From: an archaeon
GTDB taxonomy: Archaea; Nanobdellota; Nanobdellia; Pacearchaeales; GW2011-AR1
Reading direction: 5' to 3'
Assembly: GCA_030605415.1 (NCBI GenBank)
Contig: JAUWIJ010000002.1
Span: 14,472 to 78,471 of the forward strand
Length of the DNA stretch: 64,000 nucleotides
Below are positions 1 through 9,470 of this stretch, piece by piece. Under the pieces are notes generated by a model. That model was not told where the DNA came from and searched no databases. It was given only the letters and a program-made list of their open reading frames with translations. Numbering within the stretch: the first letter of the stretch is position 1; each line of letters begins with the position of its first letter. Both the position numbers and the translations under genes were made by a program.

Positions 1-1669
1 ATTTGACAATAAATTCATCCAAATCCATTGTTACAATTTTCTTTGAATCTCTTGTCCGAACTGCGATTTTGTTTTCGGTTTTCTCCTTCTCACCGACGGT
101 AACGAGGTAATTAAACTTTTGAACTTGAGCTTCCCGCGCCTTCTTTCCCATTGATTCACTTTTGTCATTAAGCTCAGTTTCAAAACCTGCGCCAAATAAT
201 TTTTGGTAAATTTCGTCGGCATAATCTTTGACCTCGTCATTTAAAGTCATAATTTTAATTTGATTTGGGGAAAGCCACAATGGAAAATTTCCATTAATAT
301 GTTCCGTATAAATTCCCAAAAATCGCTCTATGCTTCCATAAATTACTCTGTGTATCATAATTGGCCGCTTAATAGTTCCGTCTTCCGCCGTGTATTCCAA
401 CTCAAACCTTTCCGGCAACGCCATATCCAATTGAATAGTCGAACATTGCCACGTTCTCTTCAAAGAATCTTTAATATGAAAATCTATCTTAGGCCCATAA
501 AACGCCCCATCCCCTCCATTAATTACATATTTCATTTTTTTATCTTTCAATATTTTCTCCAGTGCCTTCTCCGACAAATCCCAAATCTTCTCCGACCCTA
601 TTCTTTTTTCAGGACGAGTCGATAATTCAACATGGTCTATCTTTATATCAAATATGCCAAACATTTTTTCTGTGAGGTCAATTATTTTTGCAATTTCGTC
701 TTCTAATGATTTTTCGGTACAAAATATGTGAGCATCGTCCTGAACAAATTGTATAACTCTCATTAATCCGCCCAACACTCCAGATAACTCAATTCGATGC
801 ACCCATCCCAATTCACCAACTCTCAACGGCAAATCCTTATACGACTTTGGCGAAGTTTTGTAAACGAGCATTCCACCCGGACAATTCATCGGCTTAATTG
901 CAAATTCTCTGTTCTCGAAATTTGTTGTAAACATATTTTTTTTAAATTTCGACCAGTGTCCCGATATCTCCCAAAGTTTTTTATCCAGAATTTGAGGCGT
1001 CGATATTTCAGAATATCCATTTGCCCGATGAACATCTCTCCAGTATTCAATCAACCTATTTTTAATATAAAGACCCTTTGCGTGCCAGAAAACCATTCCA
1101 GGGGCCGAACTATTAAAACTCCACAAATCCATTTTTCTTCCAATAATTCTATGGTCGTTTTCCTCAATTTTCGTCGTGTCTAATTTCGTTTTTTGAAGCT
1201 GATGTAACATTCTAATCCTCTCCCCGTCGCTCAATTCTTCCTCTTCCTCGTCCCCCTTAACCACAAATTCCCTCGAGAGTTCAGACAGAGGATGACCTTT
1301 TACTTTTAGCTCAAAAGTTTTATAATAACCAAACGGAGCCTGGACGACATTAAAATCTTTAAGTTGCTTTGCCGTTTTATTTAAAATCCTGACCGCCATT
1401 TCTGGTCTCCCCAAATTTGAAGATAAATGCGCGTAAGGATACAAAACTATATTTTTCGTCTTAACATCTTCGGCGATTTTCTTGATTGATTCGACCAACT
1501 CTTTAACCGTAGCCTCGGAGTCGCCCTTTTCAACCGCAGTCAGGACAACCAAACAATTTTCAGACTCGCCCTCAAGTTTTTGATTTGGCGCAATTTCATC
1601 AACGGACTTCAACGCTTTTTTCAACGCCCTGAATTTAATATAATCGCAATGTAGGTTTAGTGTTTTCAT
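1..1669 (-). CDS. thrS: Threonyl-tRNA synthetase (3' end runs off the window)
   Basis: Manual translation from ATG at 1669: MKTLNLHCDY..YPYAHLS..GHPLSELSR (archaeal editing domain), KPMNCPG, HRIELSGVLGGLMRV..QDDAHIFC, FPLWLSPNQ, anticodon-binding domain. Absent from the ORF track because it is truncated by the window edge. Confidence 0.95.
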   Translation of the reverse strand, partial: MKTLNLHCDYIKFRALKKALKSVDEIAPNQKLEGESENCLVVLTAVEKGDSEATVKELVESIKKIAEDVKTKNIVLYPYAHLSSNLGRPEMAVRILNKTAKQLKDFNVVQAPFGYYKTFELKVKGHPLSELSREFVVKGDEEEEELSDGERIRMLHQLQKTKLDTTKIEENDHRIIGRKMDLWSFNSSAPGMVFWHAKGLYIKNRLIEYWRDVHRANGYSEISTPQILDKKLWEISGHWSKFKKNMFTTNFENREFAIKPMNCPGGMLVYKTSPKSYKDLPLRVGELGWVHRIELSGVLGGLMRVIQFVQDDAHIFCTEKSLEDEIAKIIDLTEKMFGIFDIKIDHVELSTRPEKRIGSEKIWDLSEKALEKILKDKKMKYVINGGDGAFYGPKIDFHIKDSLKRTWQCSTIQLDMALPERFELEYTAEDGTIKRPIMIHRVIYGSIERFLGIYTEHINGNFPLWLSPNQIKIMTLNDEVKDYADEIYQKLFGAGFETELNDKSESMGKKAREAQVQKFNYLVTVGEKEKTENKIAVRTRDSKKIVTMDLDEFIVK

Positions 1670-1718
1670 ACAATAAAGAAAATAAGAGAATTTATAAAGA
1701 TTTATACTATGTTTAATT

Positions 1719-2438
1719 ATGGTAGAAGGGGTGATAGACAGATGTCCAACGGGAATAGCCGGATTTGATAAATTGTGTCAAGGGGGCTTCGTGCGAAATT
1801 CCGATAATTTGATTGTCGGCGGACCAGGTTCCGGGAAAAGCACTTTTTTGTTACAGTTCCTATGGACCGGGGCAACACGATTTAACGAAAACGGATTGTA
1901 CTGTTCATTTGAGCCAGACATTGTTGATACATTAAATGACGCGATGACTTATGGTTGGGATTTTTCAAAGTTAAGCGAAGAAGGAAAAATCAAATTTATG
2001 AGATTCGCACCGCAGACATCAATTGAAGATTTAAAAGATGAGCTGACAAAAATGATTTCAAAAAACGAAATTAGAAGAATTTGCTTTGACCCGATTTCGG
2101 TTTTAGCCCTAAGTTTAAACGACAAGGGAAAAATCCGAGAAACAATTTTCGAGCTATCAGCTTTGATGAAAAGATTAAAAGTCACAACTGTTTTCGTCGA
2201 CGAAAGTTTGGAAGGAGATATGGGAACATCTAATGACGGGGATTGGACAAAAACAGATATTTTAAGATTCCTATCTGATTCGGTAACAATTTTTTATGAA
2301 TCTGGAATTGCCGGTGTGGGAGACAGGGCAGTTCGAGTTGCCAAAATGAGACGAACAGCACACGAGAGAAAAGCGGTTGGGATGAAAATAGGGGATAGAG
2401 GAATTGAAGTTATTGAAAATCCTAGTGTCATTACATGA
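1719..2438 (+). CDS. KaiC/RAD55-like RecA-superfamily ATPase (single domain)
   Basis: PTGIAGFD, Walker A GGPGSGKST, SFE, FDPIS, VAKMRRT. Confidence 0.88.
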   Translation: MVEGVIDRCPTGIAGFDKLCQGGFVRNSDNLIVGGPGSGKSTFLLQFLWTGATRFNENGLYCSFEPDIVDTLNDAMTYGWDFSKLSEEGKIKFMRFAPQTSIEDLKDELTKMISKNEIRRICFDPISVLALSLNDKGKIRETIFELSALMKRLKVTTVFVDESLEGDMGTSNDGDWTKTDILRFLSDSVTIFYESGIAGVGDRAVRVAKMRRTAHERKAVGMKIGDRGIEVIENPSVIT

Positions 2439-2488
2439 TAATAGTTACAAATAGAAAGATTTAAAAAGGATTGTCACTTAAATTATTT

Positions 2489-2800
2489 ATGGAAACACTT
2501 AAAAAAATTATTATTGGGGCTGGTATTATTACTGGGTTAGTCGGAGGAATATATTTAAATTACCAAGGAACAGTAAGTGAAAGAAATAATTTAACCTATC
2601 GAGGATATCATGTAAATAAAGCTGATGGTATTAATTTATTAGTTTTCGATGGTTATCATATTGATGAGCCAGATTTAAGAATTATTGGAAATCCTGATGG
2701 ACTCGAAACTGGCACAAGATATAATGTTAAAATTAAATCTCCAAGATGGATTGGAGAAGATACTGCTGATTCTATAAAAGCGACCAACCCTAATAAATAA
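2489..2800 (+). CDS. Hypothetical membrane-anchored protein
   Basis: N-terminal hydrophobic segment; ATG at 2489 follows a TATA-like box. Confidence 0.6.
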   Translation: METLKKIIIGAGIITGLVGGIYLNYQGTVSERNNLTYRGYHVNKADGINLLVFDGYHIDEPDLRIIGNPDGLETGTRYNVKIKSPRWIGEDTADSIKATNPNK

Positions 2801-3899
2801 ATTTATCAAATTCCTTATCGGCGTTCTGTCGGCGTTTTTGGTGTTCGGATAAAACAGCATTTATCTTATCAATTAAAATTGCTTTGACTTCACCCGACAA
2901 CAACTCTCCTTTAGAATACTTGTCATAAATTTCTGTCAGTTTTTCATCATCATGCTCAAAATATTTTAACCATTGACACGCCACATCTACTTTCACATTT
3001 CCGCCCTTTTTTCGATGTTCTTCGACGGTATCCCTTCCTCCGCTAAAAGCATATCTGTTGATTTTCTTTTTTACCGTTTTTGCGTCGTCTGTCAATAATA
3101 TCGCTTTGTCCGAATCCGAGCTACTTGATTTTCCCGCAGCTCCAGTCAGCGGAGACATAAACTTTGCGTGAATAATAGAGGGTTTTTTATGTCCGAGTTT
3201 TTCTATTACATCTCTGGATATTCTAAAATGCGGGTCCTGATCGATAGCCATTGGAATCAGGCAATATTTATTTTCGTTATTTAAAATGTTCGGCAAAAAA
3301 CACGGAACAGTTTGCATCGCGGTATAAAAAATACTCCCAATATTATTTGAATCAGTAAAGCCGAACGCCGATTTTATTGTCGAAAAAGTTATTTTTTTCG
3401 CCACCTTAATTGCTTCGGGATACATAATTCCTGCATGTTTAGTGTCGATTAAAAAATGCGTTTTTTTTGGATTAAAATCCATTGCAACCACATCCTTCAT
3501 ATTATCTTTTGTCCATTCCTGAATTTCTTCATACGTCATATCTTTGTATAAAAATTTTTCGTCGTCGGTAAACTGAAACCATAATTCCACATCAAATTTA
3601 TCTTGCAACCATTTTACAAAATTCCATATTGACCAGTGTCCTAAATGAATTGGACCACTCGGACCAGCTCCCGTATATAAAAAAAACTTTTCGCCCTTGT
3701 CATAAGCGTCGAGAACTTTCTCTAAATCTCGATGTGCAAAAAATATTTCTCGTCTTAAATATGGATGAACTTCACCCGTTATTTTTTCTATTCTATCCAA
3801 AAGTTTCTTATTGATTTTTTTGAGCCCAAATTCTGAAACAAGTTTCTCATAATTTACATCTCCTTTGACGTCATAAGGGTTAACCTCCATTTTTTCCAT
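2790..3899 (-). CDS. trpS: Tryptophanyl-tRNA synthetase (archaeal/eukaryal type)
   Basis: FLYTGAGPS, HLGH, DQDPHF, KSSSS, YAFSGG. Confidence 0.96.
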   Translation of the reverse strand: MEKMEVNPYDVKGDVNYEKLVSEFGLKKINKKLLDRIEKITGEVHPYLRREIFFAHRDLEKVLDAYDKGEKFFLYTGAGPSGPIHLGHWSIWNFVKWLQDKFDVELWFQFTDDEKFLYKDMTYEEIQEWTKDNMKDVVAMDFNPKKTHFLIDTKHAGIMYPEAIKVAKKITFSTIKSAFGFTDSNNIGSIFYTAMQTVPCFLPNILNNENKYCLIPMAIDQDPHFRISRDVIEKLGHKKPSIIHAKFMSPLTGAAGKSSSSDSDKAILLTDDAKTVKKKINRYAFSGGRDTVEEHRKKGGNVKVDVACQWLKYFEHDDEKLTEIYDKYSKGELLSGEVKAILIDKINAVLSEHQKRRQNADKEFDKFIY

Positions 3900-3969
3900 A
3901 ATAGATTAGCTTCTGGAGATTTATAAAAGTGTTGATAATATTTATATACTAAACTTGCGTAAAAATAAC

Positions 3970-6087
3970 ATGAAAAAAATGAGATATACTTTCGTTTTAA
4001 TGTTTATCTTAACGAGTTCATTCGTTTGGGCGGGTATCTCTATGTCAGAACCGGCAGACATTTATAATTTAGGAGATAAGCTATACATAGAACTGGACGG
4101 ACTTCGAGGAGCAGAGATTGGAAATTTAAATATCGATTTAATTTGCGGAAATAGAACAATAAATTTAATAAAAATTAGAGCCAGAGATTTTTCACTTGAC
4201 GAGGACCAAAGTTATTCTACAGACGTGATTTTAAATAGCGGGGATTTAGAAATTCTAAATTTAAATGACATCATTGGAGAATGCCAGGTGGTTTCATCAC
4301 TTGGTGCGAGTGTTGCCTCGACCAAAACATTTACAATTTCCAATAATATCTTCGTAAGTGCCTCACTGGACAAAACTCTATATAATCCTGGTGAAGCCGT
4401 GACAGTCAACATTGAAGCAGTTAAAGCAAACGGCGACCTGTTAAACGGATTTATTGAAAGCTTTAATATAACTTCTTTTAATAAAGTAATTGAAAATGGT
4501 ATTGCCAGCGAAATCTTTTCGATGCCAGAAACAAATGAGGCCGGAATTTATCACCTAAACATCCGCGCATACGACCTCGAACAAAATGAGGGTTCAGTCA
4601 CAGTTTCCTTTGATCTTAATCAGGTTGCGTCGTCGATAATTATGAGTTTATCGAACACCGAAGTTATACCTGGCGAAAATTTTACAATTGGAGTTGAGGT
4701 GTTTGACCAGTCGGGAATCGAAATGGAAGGCACAGTTTTTGTGAAAATTATTTCACCAGAAAATGAGGAAACCGAATCAACCATTCAAGCGGGCGAGTTT
4801 AATACTTTTGGTTTCATTTCCAATTCAAGCATGGGAACATGGAAAGCAATTACTTCATTCAACGATGTAGTTGAGGGGAGGGAATTTGAAATGCTCGGAA
4901 TCCAAAAAGTTGAGTTCGACATTGAAGATTCAGTTCTTAGCATAACAAACGTTGGAAATATTTTATACAATAAAACCATTAACGTTCAGATTGGAAATAA
5001 AACTATGGTGCTTGAATTGAAGATTGATGTCGGAGAAATCAGAAAGTTTAACATTGGAGCACCCAATGGCGAATATGAAGTTATGATTAATGATGGCGAT
5101 AGTTCAATTAGCCAACAAGTTTTATTGACAGGAAATGCGGTTTCGATTAGCGATTTCAAGGAAGTCGGAATTTTTAAATCATATTCAATAGTCTGGATTT
5201 TTTTAATTATTGTTCTTGGAGGAACCGGATTTGTTTTTTTTATGAAATATCGAAAGACAAAAACAATTAAAGAAAACGGAATCATTAAGAGAATCATTAA
5301 GAGAATCAAAAGAACCAAAGACAAACTTCCTATAAGCTCTGCACGCCCCGAATTGCGAAATGCTGTAGCGAACGCCAAGGCTACAATTAAGTCGCACATG
5401 GCCGATAGTTTACATTTCACAGACAAATCTCCGGCAGTACAGGGACTCGACACGAAGAATTATAGTCACAAAGATAAAAGTATGGTAGATTTAACTGCAA
5501 AAACTACAGGGATTGCGGAATCGTCTTTGGTCTTGAAGGGGGAAAAATACATGTCGGCTATTCTTGCCCTAAATATTAAAAATTATGGTGATTTGGGTAA
5601 AGTTGCGAAAGAAACTTTACATAAAGCGGTTACAGAAGAACAAAAAAACAAGGGAGTTGTTGATTGGAGAGATGATTATATTTTTGTTGTATTTTCTCCA
5701 ATTGTAACTAAAACCTACCACAATGAGATTTTAGCGACGAAAACAGGAATGACAATTTTAAATAGCCTAAATGTTCATAATAAGAAATTTAAAGATAAAA
5801 TTGAATTTAATTTAGGAGTGCATGCCGGAGAATTAATTACAGCAAAAGTTGGCGGAAAATTAAAATATACCAGTATTGGAAATGCAGTTTCTTTGGCAAA
5901 AAGAATTTCAGATTCGGATAGCAAAAAACTAATTGTTTCAGATACGATTAGGAAAAAGTTGATTCGGGACTTGAAAGTTGACAAAGGAAAAGAGATTGGC
6001 GGGAATCAGGTTTACGAAGTTTTAAAAATAAAAGACAGAACTGCTAATGAAGCCAAGTTGAAAGATTTATTGAAAAGGATGAAGTAG
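3970..6087 (+). CDS. Large single-pass membrane protein: extracellular Ig/MG2-like domains plus degenerate class III nucleotidyl cyclase-like C-terminal domain
   Basis: Signal peptide, DKTLYNPGE motif, TM helix near aa 410-430, C-terminal GVHAGELI..YTSIGNAVSLAKRI. Confidence 0.65.
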   Translation: MKKMRYTFVLMFILTSSFVWAGISMSEPADIYNLGDKLYIELDGLRGAEIGNLNIDLICGNRTINLIKIRARDFSLDEDQSYSTDVILNSGDLEILNLNDIIGECQVVSSLGASVASTKTFTISNNIFVSASLDKTLYNPGEAVTVNIEAVKANGDLLNGFIESFNITSFNKVIENGIASEIFSMPETNEAGIYHLNIRAYDLEQNEGSVTVSFDLNQVASSIIMSLSNTEVIPGENFTIGVEVFDQSGIEMEGTVFVKIISPENEETESTIQAGEFNTFGFISNSSMGTWKAITSFNDVVEGREFEMLGIQKVEFDIEDSVLSITNVGNILYNKTINVQIGNKTMVLELKIDVGEIRKFNIGAPNGEYEVMINDGDSSISQQVLLTGNAVSISDFKEVGIFKSYSIVWIFLIIVLGGTGFVFFMKYRKTKTIKENGIIKRIIKRIKRTKDKLPISSARPELRNAVANAKATIKSHMADSLHFTDKSPAVQGLDTKNYSHKDKSMVDLTAKTTGIAESSLVLKGEKYMSAILALNIKNYGDLGKVAKETLHKAVTEEQKNKGVVDWRDDYIFVVFSPIVTKTYHNEILATKTGMTILNSLNVHNKKFKDKIEFNLGVHAGELITAKVGGKLKYTSIGNAVSLAKRISDSDSKKLIVSDTIRKKLIRDLKVDKGKEIGGNQVYEVLKIKDRTANEAKLKDLLKRMK

Positions 6088-6090
6088 GAT

Positions 6091-6510
6091 TTAATTTGTA
6101 ATATTTTCTGTTATCTTTTTGTTTAGATGATTTATTTGTTCTCCACATCTAATAATTCCTTCCTTGAATAATTGGACTTCTTTTTTTAATGCATCAATTT
6201 CCTTGTTGTGATATTCTATATTTTTCTTATGATGTTTATCTATCTGCTCGACGTGAAACTTTAATTTTTGTTCCTGCTCTTTTTTTTCATCAATATGCGG
6301 AATTTCTTTAATCTGTTGCTTATGTCCTTCAATCGATTTTTCGTGAAAATTTATCCATCCTTCATTATATCGAATTTCCTTTTCATTCATTTCCAACAAC
6401 TGTTTTATTTCTAAAAGTTGCTGGGCATAGAAATCTTTACGATTGTGCTGTTGCTTACGTAACTCTTCAAAATACCTTTGTCTTTCAGACATATCTTTTC
6501 TGTCTTTCAT
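6091..6510 (-). CDS. Coiled-coil hypothetical protein
   Basis: Heptad pattern rich in E/K/Q/H; GGGG SD-like sequence upstream. Confidence 0.55.
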   Translation of the reverse strand: MKDRKDMSERQRYFEELRKQQHNRKDFYAQQLLEIKQLLEMNEKEIRYNEGWINFHEKSIEGHKQQIKEIPHIDEKKEQEQKLKFHVEQIDKHHKKNIEYHNKEIDALKKEVQLFKEGIIRCGEQINHLNKKITENITN

Positions 6511-6522
6511 AGCTTACCCCTT

Positions 6523-6903
6523 TTATTTAATCAGTTTTTCTATTACTTCCAATCCACTATCCCAAAATTCTTTCTTAAACATAAATAAATCTGCTCCTCT
6601 TTCTAATGCCTCATTTCTGTAATTATCCTTGCTGGCACAGATTATTGGAAGATTACTTCCTCTTTCTCTGACAACCTCAATCAAATCAAATCCTTCTTTT
6701 GTCTGCTCATTATCTGCTTTCGAAGAATCATAATCCAAATTAATATCAAACACGCCTGCACAATATTGCTCTAAATTATTCATAGCCATAGCACCTTCTA
6801 TAAAATTTTTTCTCCAGTCTATATCATAATATTTTCCAAAAACTCCCAGAGTAATTTCAAAACACTTTCTAAAATCTTCAATATATAGTAGTTTGGGTTT
6901 CAT
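6523..6903 (-). CDS. Stand-alone response regulator receiver domain
   Basis: LLYIED, FDINL (phosphoacceptor Asp), GFDLI, LPIICAS, GADLFMFK. Confidence 0.8.
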   Translation of the reverse strand: MKPKLLYIEDFRKCFEITLGVFGKYYDIDWRKNFIEGAMAMNNLEQYCAGVFDINLDYDSSKADNEQTKEGFDLIEVVRERGSNLPIICASKDNYRNEALERGADLFMFKKEFWDSGLEVIEKLIK

Positions 6904-7432
6904 TTCGTTTTCTTTATTATTTAAATTGAATTAAATTTCCTTTTTTTATATAATAATGAACGACACAAGATATTTAAACAATAGTATCCATGACTTTATA
7001 TGCCCATTCTATTTCTTTTTGCAATTTTGTAGGATTTGCTTCGGGATGAGGAGGTAACAGAGCAATATCATATGCCCTATTAAGATCTTTTAAACTCACT
7101 CGCTCCCCCTTCTCTGCTAAAATTTTATCTAATCCTTCTGCTTTCTATGCCATATCCACAACATTTTCTCGAGTTCTTTTCATTTTATCTACAATTATGA
7201 CAACTTGAACATTGTTTGCATACACGATATTTATTTCCGTTTCTCTCAGTATATGTTCTCATGATATCAAGTGGAAAAGTTGCTCTTTCTATTTTTTCGA
7301 TTAAAGGTTTTTCATAGTTTCTATATGATTTTTCCATGAAATTATTAAAAATAAAAACTATTTAAATGTTATGGAGAATTGCCGAGAAGTAATTTTTAAT
7401 TTTGAGAGAAATTAAATAGAGTATAATAATTC

Positions 7433-7990
7433 TTAAAAAATATTTACTATATATCCGAATATAATTATGCCTAAAATTCTTGGTATTATTCCGTAGGTAA
7501 AAAAATTCTTTTTCGAAAAATTCATTGCGCCTAGTAAAACTGGAAGGTAAGGTAGCGGTGAAATTGCGGCGAGTGGGACGACGACCTTTCCATATTTATT
7601 TGTCAGACCAGTTACCCTCGCGATTGATTTCTCTGAGACTAAAATATCAACTACATCAAACATATACTTTTTCCCAAGGATAAATCCGATAATTGAACCC
7701 AGCATAGAGCCGAGAACGGTTGCAAAAATCGCGTAATGGACATTTATACCTGCAATAATTCCCGTGCCCAATGCAATAACTGGAGAAATTAACTGAGGAA
7801 CCAAATCCAACAAAATTGATATCACAAAAAGAGCCAAGACACCGTAATCATAAATTAAAGACGAGAATTCCTCATCTAAAAATGATAGATTTGTAAGACC
7901 ATATATTATAAGAATCAACATGACCAACATTATAAATATATTTACAAATTTTATCGTTTTTTTAACTTTCCGTTTTTTATTCGTTTCCAT
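7433..7990 (-). CDS. DedA/VTT (SNARE-associated) family membrane protein
   Basis: Multiple TM helices, LGSMLGSIIGFILGKK, SPLPY. Confidence 0.8.
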   Translation of the reverse strand: METNKKRKVKKTIKFVNIFIMLVMLILIIYGLTNLSFLDEEFSSLIYDYGVLALFVISILLDLVPQLISPVIALGTGIIAGINVHYAIFATVLGSMLGSIIGFILGKKYMFDVVDILVSEKSIARVTGLTNKYGKVVVPLAAISPLPYLPVLLGAMNFSKKNFFTYGIIPRILGIIIFGYIVNIF

Positions 7991-8462
7991 TAAGTTGAGA
8001 GTGTGCTTTTATAATATTTAACTCAATATCCTGATTTTTCTTTAAAAATTTTCCAAAAAGAGTTTGAATCTTTTTATCTTGTTTTCTTTTTGCACCTTTA
8101 ATATTTTTGAGCTTGGCATAAAGTTCTATTTCCCTGTCAGAAAGATAAAGAAGTGGATTATTAGTTTTTAGTTTTTTTTGAAATTTTCCCTCGAGAATAT
8201 TTTTAAAAATATCCTCAGCCACCTGAGACAGATTATCTGATGAAAGATTTGGATTCGTAGAAGTTTCAACCTGAAATTTTGTTTGAAGAATTCTTTTCAA
8301 AACTTTGGTATTAAGGTTTTGAGATTTAACTAAAGTAATAGTTTTATTCTTTGGAAGCATTTGATATTTTCGAATTGTTCGGAAAACTTTTCGTTCAACA
8401 TAATCCAAAAATTGAGACTTGTCTAATTCTCTTTGGTTTGTAAATGTCCACACAATTTTCAT
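7977..8462 (-). CDS. Degenerate TtuA/Ncs6-like protein lacking PP-loop and Cys motifs
   Basis: YVERKVFRTIRKYQM, DNLSQVAEDIFKNILEG and NPLLYLSDREIELYA resemble TtuA scaffold segments. Confidence 0.5.
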   Translation of the reverse strand: MKIVWTFTNQRELDKSQFLDYVERKVFRTIRKYQMLPKNKTITLVKSQNLNTKVLKRILQTKFQVETSTNPNLSSDNLSQVAEDIFKNILEGKFQKKLKTNNPLLYLSDREIELYAKLKNIKGAKRKQDKKIQTLFGKFLKKNQDIELNIIKAHSQLNGNE

Positions 8463-8899
8463 TTTAATATTCTTAATTTTGGATAAATTTTATTTAGAAA
8501 ATCGAAAGTTTTTTTGGCATATTCTTCATCGAACTTTTTACCATAGTATAATATTCCATTTCTGAGATATCTTAATGAATCTGCAAATTGCACATCTGTT
8601 TCAGAAAGTCCAACTTCTCGCAAATATGATATTTCTGCTTCATGCGCACCACGTCCGGATGAATTAAGACCATTTTTTAACATAATCGCACGAGTTAACT
8701 CCATAATTATATCGTAACAAGTTTTTACTATGGTGCTTGAATTTTTTTCATTGATTCCAAAGGCATTAACCATTTCTTTTAGAAATTCGTAGGACTTTCC
8801 AGATTCGTTAATTAAAAAATTTGTTCTTGATAAATCTACTTTTTGGGTTTTTACTATTCTCACCTTAATAAAGTATTCAAAGTTTTTGACTATTCTCAT
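8459..8899 (-). CDS. HEPN-domain protein (toxin of MNT-HEPN pair)
   Basis: Helical HEPN pattern, AHEA, RNGILY (Rx4Y variant); coupled to the upstream MNT gene. Confidence 0.75.
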   Translation of the reverse strand: MRIVKNFEYFIKVRIVKTQKVDLSRTNFLINESGKSYEFLKEMVNAFGINEKNSSTIVKTCYDIIMELTRAIMLKNGLNSSGRGAHEAEISYLREVGLSETDVQFADSLRYLRNGILYYGKKFDEEYAKKTFDFLNKIYPKLRILK

Positions 8900-9435
8900 A
8901 ATTCAATACCTCCAGAAAGGAGAATTCCGTTACATAAATTTTCTTTTAAATTTTTATGAATATTAGTGAACGATGGATAAAAATTTAAAACAATTTTTCT
9001 AAATAGAGCTTTTTCAAATTTTTTCAAATTTATCTCTTTTTCCTGTCCGATAATAGCTATGTCAATATCAGATTTTGAAATGTCGTCTCCCCGAGAATAA
9101 GAACCAAATAAAATTATTGTTGAACCTAAAAATTTATCTTCGAGAAAATCAACCAATTCAGATTCATAGATTGTTCTTAAATTATCTACCTGTTTCATTT
9201 GAAAAATTTGCTGATTGTTTCTATTTAATTCAATAGAAAGTCTTCCTGAATCTTTAGTTACATTGATTAATTTATTTTTTTTTAATAATAGAAGTGATTT
9301 TGAAATTGCCGTTTGAGAAACATTTAGAGCAAGTGACAACTGTCTTGCATTAAAACTTTTTTCTGCTTCGCGAAATAGAAACCTCAAAATTTCCTGCTGA
9401 AGCGATGTAAACTTTAGTTTAATTATATCATTCAT
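8896..9435 (-). CDS. wHTH + minimal nucleotidyltransferase (MNT antitoxin)
   Basis: N-terminal HTH (ARQLSLALNVSQTAIS), FGSYSRGDDISKSDID (GSx10DxD). Confidence 0.85.
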   Translation of the reverse strand: MNDIIKLKFTSLQQEILRFLFREAEKSFNARQLSLALNVSQTAISKSLLLLKKNKLINVTKDSGRLSIELNRNNQQIFQMKQVDNLRTIYESELVDFLEDKFLGSTIILFGSYSRGDDISKSDIDIAIIGQEKEINLKKFEKALFRKIVLNFYPSFTNIHKNLKENLCNGILLSGGIEL

Positions 9436-9461
9436 AGTTTATATATGTAAACTTTAGTTTA
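9405..9461. promoter_or_regulatory. Pair of 17-bp palindromic direct repeats, putative operator of the HTH-MNT
   Basis: ATGTAAACTTTAGTTTA at 9405-9421 and 9445-9461, flanking the start codon and abutting the TATA box. Confidence 0.6.
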
Positions 9462-9470
9462 TAAATCTGT

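Noticed and set aside
31-1183. ORF-track entries 31-240, 260-625 and 797-1183
   Set aside because: Off-frame or antisense shadows of thrS.
7185-7337. 50-aa minus-strand ORF ending CKQCSSCHNCR
   Set aside because: No recognisable family and downstream frames contain stops; possibly a decayed gene but not supportable.
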